Source of the DNA: Pseudovirgaria hyperparasitica
Taxonomy: Eukaryota
NCBI GenBank assembly: GCA_010093815.1
Contig: ML996567.1
Length of the DNA stretch: 64,000 bases
Reading direction: 5' to 3' (one strand)
Shown here: piece by piece, positions 49,160-62,357 of the stretch
Layout of the letters: each line of letters starts with the position of its first letter
How positions within the stretch are numbered: the stretch's first letter is position 1
Translations under genes and position numbers: made by a program
Notes under the pieces: model-generated
Seen by the model: only the letters and a program-made list of their open reading frames with translations
Told to the model about the DNA's origin: nothing
Databases searched by the model: none

Positions 49160-49658
49160 ATGTCTTCTCAAATAGTTAAATTCGCTGCTCGCCGGGCTTT
49201 CACGACCGTCAACGTATCCCGCACCCAGGCCCGCGGTTTCCAGTCATCACAAACACTCCGTGACGTTGCTGCTGCACCAGCGCGGAAGCCCGTTGGTGCT
49301 TTTCGGGGAGGGTATATGAACGATCTCGCTTTCAGACCCTGGAACAATCACTGATGCGCGACTTATAGACTTTTCGGATTCCTCACAGGTGCCGTTGCGT
49401 CCGGCGCTGGCATGTACTACTATGTATTCAACGAATACCGCGTTTCCAATTCGCTATTGACGGAAGATATCTACGTATGTCGATTCCAGAGATGAAATCA
49501 AGGCCCAGGCGCTTGCCGAAAGCTCCTTCTATCGCACCGGGGGGGTCTGGAACAAAGTAATGGGCTGCTAACTTTGAGATACATAGGCTCTCCAATCCGC
49601 AGTCCAGCGCCTGGAAGGATACGTCAAGAGCATTGAGGACAAGGTGCAGAAAAAATAG
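49160..49658 (+). CDS. Small conserved fungal protein, probably mitochondrial (3 exons)
   Basis: Presequence-like N-terminus, then RKPVGAFRGG|LFGFLTG...YYYVFNEYRVSNSLLTEDIY|ALQSAVQRLE. Confidence 0.8.
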
Positions 49659-50011
49659 GATACTCACTCGAAAAGTTCTCCTCGAACCTTAGTATCATAT
49701 GTGGATGGCATGAGTAACAGCCATATCTCCTGGCCAGGTCTTAAGAATCACGTCCACGAACGTGTCCCCGATTTCGCAGGCTTAACACGGACTTTTGTCA
49801 GTAATCCTGACATAATTCTACTCATACAATGTTCTAGCCTACATAGGCTCTGTATATACCCCCACGAACACGAAAGGATTTCTCCTCGATATGAACAATG
49901 CCATGCTCAAGGAGCCGAGATAGCATGATATATACAGAATTCACCCCTGACAGGCAACAGAATCGAAACCCTTCCTCAATCTGACTGATAACTTCCGTAC
50001 TCTCCAGGCGC

Positions 50012-50995
50012 TTAGGACAGATAGCTTGTATCAACCCAGCTCGTGTAACCACTTCCCAAGATCGTTGTAATCGCTACCGGAGCACTGAGTTTACTCGAGA
50101 AACTCGCTCTTGTTCCAGACGCTCCGGCGCCCGTATTACCATACTCCGCAAACGTAACATGATCCGTTCTCTCGTCGCCAGTATTCCAAATCTTCCACCC
50201 AGCGCTATTGATAACCGCACTCAGCGCTGTGTTTTGGAAGACCACCCGCGCGTAATTGCCCCACGGCCGGCCGAGATAGTACGCACCCGCCGTCACAGTG
50301 TTTCCACTCGCCGCCTGCACCGTGCTCTTATTGATGACGTAGTAGTTGGCATCCGAGGAGCTCGAACGTCCAGAGGCAGTGATGTACCCAACTGAAGCAG
50401 ACAACACACCGATCGTGACGCCGTCGAACCATGTGCTGGCGTGTTGCCCGAAGATGAAGTCCGTCGCGCCCTCGATGTAGCTCTTTGCAAAGACTTGCGC
50501 GCCCGTCTGACTCAACACCGTATCCTGGAATCCCTTGAACTGGCACGCATAGTACCCCTGTTTGTCCGCCTGTGCGGAGATAGCAAGTGCTTGGCTGCCC
50601 TTGCCCCTGGTATTGACCATGTTGATATTGTACATCTTGAAATTCGTACTCCACGCGCGGACCGTTGCCGTCAGGTCGTTGTTCGCAGAGTCATCCTGGC
50701 TCTTGCCCTGCGTGATGGTGACCTGGTTGGAGGAGTAGGCCGCCGTGTTGCTCGTGTAGCCGTAGATGGTGAGCGCCGCTTTGCGTGCCGGAATGTACAC
50801 TTGCTCCTTGTACGTGCCTGGGTTTATGAAGATGGACTGCGCCGTCGTGGAGGTTGTGCTGAGGGCATTCACTGCGTCCTGGATCTTGGAGTAGGAGCCT
50901 GAGCCGCCGACGACGAGGGCGCCGGCTGGAGGCTCGGTGCGGGACGCAGCATGGGTGAGCGTGAGCAGCGCTGAGAGGGCTGCGAGGAGTTTCAT
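50012..50995 (-). CDS. Pectin methylesterase (CE8), secreted
   Basis: Signal peptide, GTYKEQV, QALA, GFQDT, IEGATDFIFG and YLGRPW. Confidence 0.95.
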   Translation of the reverse strand: MKLLAALSALLTLTHAASRTEPPAGALVVGGSGSYSKIQDAVNALSTTSTTAQSIFINPGTYKEQVYIPARKAALTIYGYTSNTAAYSSNQVTITQGKSQDDSANNDLTATVRAWSTNFKMYNINMVNTRGKGSQALAISAQADKQGYYACQFKGFQDTVLSQTGAQVFAKSYIEGATDFIFGQHASTWFDGVTIGVLSASVGYITASGRSSSSDANYYVINKSTVQAASGNTVTAGAYYLGRPWGNYARVVFQNTALSAVINSAGWKIWNTGDERTDHVTFAEYGNTGAGASGTRASFSSKLSAPVAITTILGSGYTSWVDTSYLS

Positions 50996-51283
50996 TTTCT
51001 TTCTTGGAATGAATGGGCTGTTCTCTCGCTTCGCTTCGAGTGCCAGGCCTTGTGCTTCTATCTCTCGCGATAGTTATGGCAGTATGAAAGGGAGATGGCT
51101 GGATGTCCAAGATCGAAATATCTGGCGTAAACAAGAAATATATTTATATCCGTCGTGGGAAAAGAAGAATCCAGAATAGCGGATCCCCGGGACCGGTCAT
51201 GACATGTACAGGGTCATATACAAGGGCCGTATACTGGGTAATATGCATCAAACGAGAACTCTCCCCTGCACCCGTAAATAAGC

Positions 51284-51483
51284 CCCCGCTCAACCCCCAG
51301 TCTACAGCTTACCGTAAGACTTGGTAGCGGAGCCTTGGCGAGAACGTGGGGAAGTTCTGAAGTGGATCACAGTGGATTAAAGTGGAAGTTATGAAACTTC
51401 ATGAAGGATAAGTGCATGATCGAGCCATATGATGGCTGTAGCGGGGCGGGCGGGAAGCAGTGCCGTAGTTTTTGTTTGGTGGA
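51284..51483. promoter_or_regulatory. CreA-type SYGGRG cluster and a GARE-like TCCACCAA upstream of the pectinesterase
   Basis: SYGGRG matches at about 51284, 51295, 51346 and 51441. TTGGTGGA at 51476-51483. Confidence 0.4.
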
Positions 51484-51744
51484 ATCTGCTTTGTTTTTGT
51501 TTAGATTTTTCCGATGAACATGGACAGGCAAATCTCAGCTGTGAACGAGTGGATATTGTCGCGTGTTTCATCACGTACTTGACTCTTGAGTGTTGTGCGT
51601 AAGTGGTGTCATTAAATTTCATATAGATAGTAAGAACACGTATAGTCCCAATCACGGTCGACCATGCGGTTCCGGTGGGACTATCCAGAATCCGGGAGAG
51701 CGCTACACTACTAATTACTGTCAAATCATGCCACAATACTATGC

Positions 51745-52773
51745 CTATGTATCATCTAGAGACTCGTCATCTGCGTCTTCTTCCACGCTCTCCAGGGCTC
51801 CAGGTGGCTTTGTGAGCCTGTCAGCAATAAGCCGCACGGTCAGTGTATCTTTCGGAGTCGTCCGACAACAGCCTCCAATCAAACGTGCTCCACCGGCATA
51901 CCATTTCGGAACGACCTCACCCAACTCCTCGCGTCCGGCGCAGTTATCACACCACGTCTTCGAGCTGGCATCGTACCGCTCGCCGGAATTCGGATACGCG
52001 ACCAGGGGCTTCGTGGTGAGCCTGTGGAGCTCTACAAGGGCATCGTGCACCATCTGCTGTTCAACGCAATTAACCCCAATCGCAATGACGTTGTCTGCCT
52101 TGTTCAGCAGAGCAACGACGTCTGCTATGGGCGTCCCGTCGCTGATATGTGTGGAGTCGCGCAACGTGCACGACACCCAGGCCGGCGTGTCTGGAAACTC
52201 GTCGCGTAGCAGACTGACCAGCGCGCTGAGCTCGGCGTACGAAGGCATGGTCTCACAGGCCAACAGGTCGACGTGCTCGTCCACAAGCACGCGTATGCGC
52301 CCGCGGTGGAAATCCTTCATCGCCCGCGTAGCTAGCTTGTAGTCGCCGCGATACTCGGAGCCGTCGGCCAGGTAGGCTCCATACGGGCCGACGCTGCCAG
52401 CGATCAGAAGCGTCCTTCTGCAATCGCCATAGCTAGAGCCCGAGAAGTACTTGTCTCGCGCTTCCTGGGCCAGATGCACGCTTTGCGCGATGAGGTCGTT
52501 GGCGTGGCCGGCCGAGTAGTTGTGCTGCAGATAGTCCTTCAGGCCCGGGATGGAGGCCTGGTAGCTTGCTGTGATGGCCACGTCGGCGCCCGCCTTGAAG
52601 TAATCCAGGTGCACGTCAAAGATGGCCTTTGGGTCTTCATGGAGGATTTTTGCGGACCAGAGTGGGTGGTTGAGGTCGCAGCCTCGCGTTTCTAGTTCGG
52701 TCGCAAGCGCGCCGTCCAGGACCACAAACGCCTTGGACTGCAGTATGCGGGCAATGGGATCTTCAACAGGCAT
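51745..52773 (-). CDS. Homocysteine S-methyltransferase (Sam4/Mht1/MmuM family)
   Basis: LDGALATELE, PLWSA, GSVGPYGAYLADGSEYRG, GVNC, YPNSGE and IGGCCRT. Confidence 0.95.
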   Translation of the reverse strand: MPVEDPIARILQSKAFVVLDGALATELETRGCDLNHPLWSAKILHEDPKAIFDVHLDYFKAGADVAITASYQASIPGLKDYLQHNYSAGHANDLIAQSVHLAQEARDKYFSGSSYGDCRRTLLIAGSVGPYGAYLADGSEYRGDYKLATRAMKDFHRGRIRVLVDEHVDLLACETMPSYAELSALVSLLRDEFPDTPAWVSCTLRDSTHISDGTPIADVVALLNKADNVIAIGVNCVEQQMVHDALVELHRLTTKPLVAYPNSGERYDASSKTWCDNCAGREELGEVVPKWYAGGARLIGGCCRTTPKDTLTVRLIADRLTKPPGALESVEEDADDESLDDT

Positions 52774-53251
52774 TTCTTATTCTGTGTTGCGAGAGAGTCT
52801 CGGGAAGTACAAAGCTAATGCTAATGTTTCCAGAGGAGTGGAGGGATCAGATTTCACGACGCGAGTTGCAGCCCAGACGGCATTTTTACGGTATGTATGT
52901 TGCGCTTTTCTGTATCGCTGGCACGATGATGTATGATGTCGTTGCGCCTGTCCAAGTCAAGGGTGGTCCACTACGTGCACCCAATGGCAGGCATTCTCTC
53001 TGATTGCTGTGTTTTGCTGGCTTGTCAAACTACGATTTGCTCGAGTGTCACAGTGACCATTCTACGTTGTTCACGACGCGACGGATGAGCTTGTGGCCTG
53101 GCTCGAACTATGTACACGTAATGCAGTAATTACTCCATCAACGCCGATGCAGACTATGTCCACCATTTCATGCACCAGATCTAGAATATGTAAATGTATG
53201 TATCACTTTCCCTGCCCGTCTAGATCATCACGTATGGGTTCGGAAACGAGG

Positions 53252-54373
53252 TTACGCCTTCAACAGTGCTGGAGCTGCCTCTTTTGCCTTCTCTGCTGCG
53301 AACGCGGCGGCCTTCTTAAGTTGCTCGTCGCGGAGTTTTCGAACGTATCGGAAGAGCAGAATGAACGCAAGTTCCACCCTATATGTGTTAGCTTCATGGT
53401 ATATTCAAATCTGTGAATGGCTCGCGCATACCTCTCTTTGGTCATCATGAGAATACCCTGGACCAAGATTCCTTTGCTAATCTGCGGTACGATGCCCTTG
53501 AACAAACCCAGAACACCTTCATGCTCAATGATAAACGCCATAACTTCGAGGAAAGATTTGAAGGGTTTGCCGTTACGGGCTGGCGGTGGCTTCGACTGAA
53601 GACCGACCTTTGCTACAATGAGAGGCTGTGTTGCGATCGTTGCGAGCGATTTCGACATCGCACCGAGTAGAAATGCTTGCCATGGCTTCAGGACAACAAC
53701 ATTTGGGAAAAGTAAGGTTCGAAGTCTCTCATACGCGCCGTAAGTGATGGATGGATTGACGACCAGCACCAAGCTGGCCTTCAGACCCCTCCATAGACCG
53801 GTCCAGCCATCCTCGCTGGCTATGACTTCCCTTCCGGTGTCGAAGAATCCCTTCCGCTCTCCTTTGCTCTGGGTTTGCTGCCTTGTGGTAATCACGGCGA
53901 CGGGTAGAGTGAACAGTTGAGCCAAAGCGCCAGCCACAGCTCCCATGGAAAGCTCAGCCGCAGTTCCTGGAGGACCGGGAGTCTTCTGGTAGCTAGCATA
54001 CAGTGTGCGGACCATCGTGAACCAGTAAAAGAAGGCAAAATTAGTAGAGCCAACACCAGCCAAGGAACTGGCCATGCCCTGATAGAGACCTGCAACCCCC
54101 TCTTGCTTCATGATCTTGGCAATGGCATCGCCGGTATCCTTGTAGTGGTCCTCGTCCGAGGTTGTGTCGCCAGGCTTCCTCTTTACCTGAACTTGGAGTT
54201 TCGTTTTTACACTGCGCGCAATTTAGCATGATTCTTGGGGTAAAGTGCATGACTTTTGGCTCAGCTTACATGTCCAGAGGATAAACGAGAGCGTTTGCCC
54301 AGACGGCGCCGGCAGAGCCAGCAATCGCGTAGCCCCAAGGAGGCAGCGGAGCCACCTTTGATTGTGCAGCCAT
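53252..54373 (-). CDS. ANT1: Peroxisomal adenine nucleotide transporter (mitochondrial carrier family; 3 exons)
   Basis: AIAGSAGAVWANALVYPLD, GLYQGM, TNFAFFYW, LKASLVLVVNPSITYG and GLFKGIVPQI. Confidence 0.85.
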
Positions 54374-55297
54374 TTCGCGTCAACAGCAATTCGAAACCTG
54401 GGAAGAATTATACAGGCTGTAGACAGCCAATGCCGAGGGAGAACAGCTGCGAGTGGGGACTTGGGAGAGTAGTACTACAATGCTCAGCGCAGCATGAGGG
54501 TTAAGGTGTAGCCGGAAGATAATCGTCGAGGTCCTGGTTTAAGGAAGGATGAGGCGTTTTAGAGATAATAGAGAATTAGCAGCATGAAACGTATTGCTGC
54601 AAGTTGTACTTCTAGTCCAGATCCTCATGACGGTAGAGCCTTGAGCCGACAAGTGTATCAGTTCAGCCGAGGTTGCGAGAGTGCGGGTCGCGCCTCGCCT
54701 CCGTTTCCCTGTGAGAACAAGGCTCCTTTATATCTTATCTTATCTTATCTCGGAAGACTTTCGGAAGAACCAATACTCCCCGAAACGGTGCGCAGCTAGT
54801 TCTGCAGCTAGTTATAAGGATGTTGACTAATATTATATGCAATGGTCTGCCTCTTTTCTGCGAAGGACTTTGTAATGTCTCATCATGTTGGCATGGAGAC
54901 TGTGGCTAGATCTGCTATTATCCATAAGCAGCGTCCTCCCGCTTGGCCTGAGCTCCTGCTTGCGCTAGACGGAAGTGGATCATTCCACCTGGAGCTGTTT
55001 CACTTGACAACATCCATGAGTGCACACTTCTGACTGCAATTGCCAGTCCACCATAGATATCGTCGCTCAGTAAATCTGGTTACTGTAATTTTCGAGATTC
55101 TATCTAGGTCAATTAGTCGTCACCTCTTCCGCATCGAACTTACAACTCTTCCGTCACTAATGTGCTTATGCGGCACAATTGAACACTGTCAGCTTCGATC
55201 GCTTGATCGACTGGTTGAGTCGTATATTTGTGGCACTAGACGATAGAAAGAAAGGAATCTTCTCCACGTTAATGCGTGACCTCCTCTGATTTGCACA

Positions 55298-58169
55298 ATG
55301 GAAGCTTTAGAGGCCCAGATCGCTGTGCGTGTCTCTCCTCAGCCCAATAGCTGAGTACTGACTGTCACAGGATTTGCAGGAAAAGATCACACAAGCTCCA
55401 ACACAAAGCCAAGCTCTTAAGCTTGCGCTTAGATCTGCTGACCTTTGTATCGAAGCCATCAAAGTCGCGAAAACAGAGCCGAAAAGAGAAGAGCTGCGCG
55501 GCAAAGCGAACTCGTTGATAGGTCAAGCTGAGTCCATCAAACACGAAAAGGCCTGGAGACCTTCACCGACTGTCGCGGAAATCACCAGTGCGATCAAGAG
55601 TACGACTCTCACGCACGTGGAACCAAAGCCATCAGCTTCCACGGAAGTACCTGTAGCTAAGATTCGAAAGTTAGAAGGTCCCAAAACTACTCGTGAGCTA
55701 TCCGCGGGCGAGAAGCTCATTCTGTGGAAAGCGTCGAAGTTGAATGACTCGAACTTTCCTCCCTGGACCGATCCACCTGATGATGCTGAATTCCAAACCC
55801 CTTTCGTGTAAGTTAGCGGTAAGGTCAGAAAGTTTGTAAAGAAACTAAACTACAGCAGAGATCGTGAATTGAAGCTCTCTGAACAACAGAGGGAGCTTTT
55901 CGAAGGCTGGAAGCGGGTCAAAGATGCATTACCTCCCCCAGCATGGCGACTGGCGAATGACATACCGACAGCGTCGGCGTATGAGCTCACCTCAAGTGTA
56001 GATCTCGTACAGGATGCTGCTTCAGACTGTTCAGTCGTTGCAAGTCTCTGCAGTGCAGCAGCTCGGGCACAGCGCAATTTTCCTTGGGTTAGTGGCGATG
56101 CTCGAACTGTGTTATACTTCGGACGCTTCTAAGTACTGACTTTGCCCTCTTTCTAGATCATCTCAGACTCTATTTGGCCACGCTCGCTAGATCGATCACA
56201 TCCTATTGCATCTCCAAATGGAAAATACATTTTAAAGCTCAACTTCAATGGGTGCTGGAGAAAAGTCGTCATCGACGATCGTCTTCCGGTATCGAAGAAT
56301 ACCCGTCTTCTACATGTAGTCGATCGTAAACACCCAGCGCTAATATGGCCAGCGCTAGTAGAAAAAGCATATCTGAAAGTCCGCGGTGGTTATGATTTCC
56401 CTGGTAGTAGCTCATGTAGCGACCTCTGGGCTTTCACAGGATGGATACCTGAACAGATCTTTCTACAGGCGTGAGTGTTCTTCCGTGTTAGTGGAGCTCG
56501 GCTGATCCAAGCTAGCGATGATATCCTCCCTGACGCCCTGTGGAACCGGATCATTCGCGCGTTTCGCTTCGGTGACGTGTTTGTGACTGTTGGAACTGGA
56601 CATTTGGCTCGTAAAGAGGAAAACAACTATGGTCTAGTCAGCCGTCACAATTACGCTGTCATTGACATGAAAGGATCCGCTGGCGATCGCATGCTCCTAC
56701 TCAAAAACCCATGGTTAACAGGTACGCAATGGAACAGTAACCTCCAGAAGGGTGCCTCCAGTACCGACATGTCCTTGGATTCTAAAAAGGACGAGAACCG
56801 TCTTGGCATAGCATCTACGACCGACTCAGCACTTCCTGCTGGTTCAGACTGGTTTACCTTTGAGCAGGTCATGTCAAGATTTGAAAGCATCTTCTTAAAT
56901 TGGAACCCAGGTCTCTTCTCCTTCCGACAAGATCTCCATTTTCAGTGGAACATAAAGGTTAAGAGTCCTGCTTCACTCGGAGGTAATCCGCAATTCTCTC
57001 TCGTTACGAAAGCGGATGGCTTTGTGTTCCTCCTGCTGAACCGTCATTTTCAGAATGAGAGACTGGGGAGCGAGGGAAGCTCTGCCGTCGGAGAACTTCC
57101 AACAGGCTATATTAGTCTGACCGCTTATGACAGCAGAGGAGAGCGGGTCCATCTTGACGAAGGTTGTATTGAGAGATCACCTTTTGTCAGCACGCCACAG
57201 GCACTCCTTCGCTTGGATATGAAAGCACATATGGCCAACACTATCGTTGTTGCACAACAAGAGCTACCTCCTATCACATTCGGTTTCAGTCTCTCCGCAT
57301 TCTCGAACGTTGATGTGGAGCTGTCACACGTGAATGAAGAACAGATCTGCAAGGTCGACATCACAGGGGTATGGAAAAGTGGAAGCTCTGGTGGTAGCCA
57401 GTCTTCTTCGAGGTATTATGAGAATCCGCAGTTCGCTCTGACAGTACCAGCTCGAACGTCACTCTCTATGATTCTAGAATCGCCTGCAGATGATATCCCA
57501 ATACATGTCGCCATCGTTCATGGACGAGGTGAGAGGGTCTTCAAACTTCGCAGTCAGGATATCATCGTGCAAGCTGAGACGTATCGCCCGGGCGTCGTCC
57601 TCGCCAATGTCTCCGATCTCGACAGTGGCACTTATACAGTCATCTGCTCCACGTTCGAAGCTGGCCAGCACGCCGAGTTTACACTGACGGCCAACGCAAC
57701 GTGTCGGTGCCTGCTTAGAAAGATACCCACAGAAGGAGCTGGAAAATTCGCTTACAAATTAAACCAGCTTTGCTTCGGCACAGAGAACAGCAAGATGGCA
57801 GCAAACCTTATTCCAAAGAGACAAGTTAAATTCAACATTGTCGCAAGCTTCATCAAAGTTCGCGTTCGGCCTGGCATGGACAGCACGGACTGTGGTCGCA
57901 GTCCTCTCAGAATCACCATCGATGTTGGTCGAGGTCCTGATAAGAAGACGATACTTGCCAGCAACGAAGGTGCTTTTAGTGATGCACAGGTCGTACGGAC
58001 CGACACGGTTGATCTCTACCCTCGACTCCTGGCACACGGCGACTTATGGCTGGTCATGGAGAGGCTCGCCGGACCAGATCCTGGATTCGAAGAGCTTTAT
58101 GAAGTACAGCTATTTATGGACGTTCCCAATGGCGTCCAGCTTGGCAACTGGCGTGGATGGGATGACTGA
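55298..58169 (+). CDS. palB: Calpain-like protease PalB/Rim13 of pH signalling (multi-exon)
   Basis: Catalytic Cys in QDAASDCSVVASL, His in HNYAV and Asn in LLKNPW; also EKAYLKVRGGYDFPGS and C2-like NPQF repeats. Confidence 0.92.
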
Positions 58170-59089
58170 AAGTATACGTGCAGTTCAGAACGAACTATGT
58201 TTCCCAGGAGTGAGACATCAGATGATCTTACAAGTGTATTCCGGACAGACGACATATCTTCTCTAGCATGCTCGATTTGTCGATCGACGATGTATTCGTA
58301 TTAGCCCAAGGAAAGGCCGTTCATTTCCTGTTCGAGTCAACGAATGGTGTCGCATAATGATTAATAGTGGCTGCGAACACGGTGCATATATCTGTCTAGA
58401 GAGCACGCAGCTGTTGCCGGACAGTTGTAAGGATAAGAAGGTCAGTCTGCCAAAGCCCAGCTGCCAGGGAGATGGTGCTGTGGATCAGCGAGAGCGCATG
58501 CGCGTCTGAAAGCTCTCTGAGAACCTGACAGCTCGAGATGCGCAAGCGTGACGGGATGATTGGATGGGGGTGTTTTGAGGCTGTAGACGGAGAATATGTA
58601 TTGCCGCGGTAGTTGGAGCTGCAGAAGATCCATGGACGAGTCCTAGTCGCATTAGTTTGATGGCTATGCTTTGTATAGATGATTAGGAGTGTTTAACTAT
58701 TGATGAACAACATGTTGTAGCCCCTGTGACCAGGCTCGTCGTGGCGTGAAAGCAACACCAGGTAACTTTGTTGCTGGAACTGGTGAACTGGCTTACAGCT
58801 GATCTAATAGCTGATCCCGAATCTGGATCGGTCTATTCATTGGGCTGCGTCATAAGGGACCTCCGCCCGCCTGAACCCATCCCTCCATCCTTGGCGCTAG
58901 GATACGCTCGATAACGATAAGGCATTTCTCCAGACTCCAGCTTCTTCTTTGTTGCTTGACCGCGACTCGCCTCTTCTCAGGCTCCTCTCTCCGCGCATTA
59001 CAGTTCGCATAAGATATCTCAAGCCTCTCGGTCGCGGGCTTCTTTGTTTGTTTCTGTATTTTTCCATATTCCCTTGTTCGCCCGCCATC

Positions 59090-60916
59090 ATGTCTGAGCC
59101 CACTCCCAGCGTGGGTGCTCCAGACCACCCGACCAACAGCGCGCCAGCGTCGGCATCAAGTTCAAAGCAGCCGTCGAGAGAGACTACGCCAGTGCCTGCT
59201 GGCGGCGAGAAACCGCCAGATGAACAGGGAAAGCTCAGGCTTCTGTTGGGAATCTTGAGGAAGTAAGTAGAGTCGCGCAGAGCCCCTCTGCTACACCTCC
59301 TCAGCACTGCCAGGTGGAAATACCACACCTCTCACACCGCTTGAGCGCAGACACCATGTTAGATCATATACTAAACAGAGCACTGCAGGTTCTTGGGCGT
59401 TGCCGACATCTCAGCAGTGCGCTTTTCGCTCCCCGCTCAACTCATGGAGCCTATTCCTAATCTAGGTACATAAACCCTAGCCTCAACACCAAGACCTCGA
59501 ATACAAGAGCGACGACTGACAAGGACAACTAGAATATTGGAACTACATGGACCGACCGGAGGCTTTTGCAAGGTTATTACCGCCTTCCAGACTCAAAGAC
59601 ACATAATTAATGTAGCAACGCAGCATTGGCGATTCGGAAGATCCGCTAGGGAGAATGCTGGGATGTCTGCGGTTCTGGTTCACAAAAGACTTGGTATGAT
59701 TGTGTTCCTTGAGGGAGCGGAGTGGCTCTCTTACTGAACGGGCGCGCAGAAATACGTCAAGGGGAAGCCGTGTAAGCCGTACAACTCTACACTTGGAGAA
59801 TTCTTCAGGGTATGATCATGATAATATGCTCATGTGGCGGAATTGACTGGCCCGCAGTGCAATTGGGAGGTCGAGGACAATCTTCCAGCTCTAAAGTACA
59901 AAGACGAAGCGCCATCTGGAGGCCCCAGTGGCAAGACCGTAAAGGTTTCCTTTCTGACCGAACAAACATCGCACCATCCTCCCGTTTCCGCTTGGTGGGT
60001 TGATTGTGAAGAGAAAGGCATTATTGCTAGGGGCTATGACCAATTAAGCGCCAAGTTTACTGGAACCAGCATAAAGGTCATACCAGGAAATCACAATGAG
60101 GGAATTTTCATCAATCTTACGAAGCGGGACAATGAGCAATACAAACTCACACATCCAGCTGCTTTCCTTGGTGGACTCATTCGAGGTGAGTTTGTGTCCA
60201 ATCGCTTGTTGGGCGTGATTGACCATATCCTAGGATCACTCAGCATATCAGTCGCTGATACGTGTACCATTACGTGCGCCAAAACCAAAATAAAAACCAT
60301 ATTGACATATCTGGAAGAGGGGTGGCTGGGAAAGGCCCAAAATAAAGTTGAGGGTGTGGTTTTCAAATACGATCCTGAGAACGACAACTGCACCAAAGTA
60401 AAGGACGTGCCCGATAAAGACGTCCTTGCACGGATAGAAGGCTGCTGGCAAGACAAGGTTTACTACTCCTTGGGGAGCCAGCCCTTCGCCAAATCAAAGG
60501 TAGACCACACGACCTACGTCCCTTTTATACAGCCATCTTATGCTAATTGCGTTTCTACCCATCAGGAGAAGATTCTTCTACTCGACGTAAACCCTCTTTT
60601 CCCCGCTCCGAAACTCCTCCCTCCCCAAGAAAAACAGCTCACCAATGAATCACGTCGCTTCTGGCAAGCGGTCACCGATGCCATTGTCTCAAAGCAATTC
60701 TCCCAAGCCACAACGCTAAAGGTCGAAATCGAGGAAAAGCAACGGGAGAAAGCGGCAGAGCGCAAGACTGCAAATATCGAGTGGACACCGAGATTTTTTA
60801 CAGGGGCTGTTACACCTGCCGGGAAGCCAGAGCTCACACCGGAGGGCGAGAAAGTCATGAAGGGATTACATGAAGGCACATACGATTTGGAAGAAAGCAC
60901 GATGTTGGGCGCATAA
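59090..60916 (+). CDS. Oxysterol-binding protein family member (many introns)
   Basis: VRFSLPAQLMEP, KPYNSTLGEFF, signature EQTSHHPPVSA and ESRRFW...IEEKQR. Confidence 0.92.
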
Positions 60917-62009
60917 GTTTGGGGGACGAATGCATGCTAGACCAGCCGCCCTTTTCTTTTTGAATATAGACGCACTCGGGGGTTTGTCGAAACGACTACC
61001 CTCGGCATATTTTTTTGGCCGTGGAAATTGTGCGACGTGTAGCTGGCGTTGAGGTCTTGTATATGGGTTCTGCATGACTGATTTATATAGGCTTCCGTAT
61101 TGGTAGAACAACTCCCGAACAGGCATTCCTTGATTGCCTGCAAGACGATGACACATTTGACCTCAAGATTCTGGAAGAATAGTGAATCAGAACTCAGTGT
61201 CTTCTCGCTCGTGGTGAAAGTATCACATTCACTCAATAACCTAGCTCCCGACTCGCACAGTATAGAAAATTCTCCAGCAGCCGCCCAATTCGCAAAACAC
61301 GCACGCATTTCATACTCCAGCCATGCACGTACACAGCTCGGCACTGCAAAACTCAGCTAATCAACCAGATGCTTCCCTCCTTAGCGACCCCCGACCCCTG
61401 AATCCTTCTTCTTCTCCACCACCATCACATACCTACCGCGCAACGTCACCCTAGCAAGTACGACGAACAAATCACCAAACAGCACCAGACAAGCTCAACA
61501 AACAACCCGCTACCCGCATCAGAAAAACCCGACCATACTAAACCCACGAAACACCCTTCCGATCCCCAGCAACCTGCCCTCGCACCTCACACCGCGCGGC
61601 ATCGCCAAACCCGCTATCTCAAAGGCGTAGGTAGGGCTGTCCATACTCGCTACCGCTGCCTCTTTCCCCCCGTCCCCGACCCGCTCAGGGGTATGCATGC
61701 AGTGTAGTGTAGTGTAGTGTAGTGCAGTCGCTCACCCGCCTGTCAGTCGTACCTGGGGCGTGCGTGCGTGCGTTGTCGGAGGTATCCGAGATGGGACTAT
61801 TGGGCGTGGCTGGGGTGCGGCGTGTTTGTCGGGGTGTTGTGCGTAGTAGGGCGTGGATGATGGGGTCGTGGATCTTGGGGTTGGTATTGGGGTAGAAGAA
61901 TGTTGACATTGGGGTTACGAGGATGTGCTGTTTTTTGGTTGATTGGGGTGGGTTTTTGGGGGGCTTTGGGCTGTGAGATGGGGGGATGGGGTGGAGGGGG
62001 CTTATGGGT

Positions 62010-62135
62010 GGGTAGGGAGGTAGGGAGGTAGGGAGGTAGGGAGGTAGGGAGGTAGGGAGGTAGGTATGTATGTATGTATGTATGTATGTATGTATGTATG
62101 TATGTATGTATGTATGTATGTATGTATGTATGTAT
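62010..62135. repeat. Compound microsatellite (GGTAGGGA)n followed by (TATG)n
   Basis: Seen directly. Confidence 0.95.
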
Positions 62136-62190
62136 TTTGGTTTCATGTCTTGCATGTGAGTTCACTGGGGCGGGATTGTCTAGATATTTC

Positions 62191-62357
62191 GAGTGCTTGT
62201 TATGTCAAGTGTTGATTATTCCAACTGCTGACTATTCTGAGTACTATTGTACTAAATACTGATTATATTGAGTGCTGATTATCCTGAGTACTGATTATCT
62301 GGAGAGTTGAGTATTCCAAGTGCTGACTATCCCCAGTGCTGACTACCCAAGTGCTGA
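62191..62357. repeat. Degenerate 16-bp minisatellite, about 10 copies (consensus near RAGTGCTGAYTATYCY)
   Basis: Units include aagtgttgattattcc, gagtgctgattatcct, gagtactgattatctg and aagtgctgactatccc. Confidence 0.85.
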
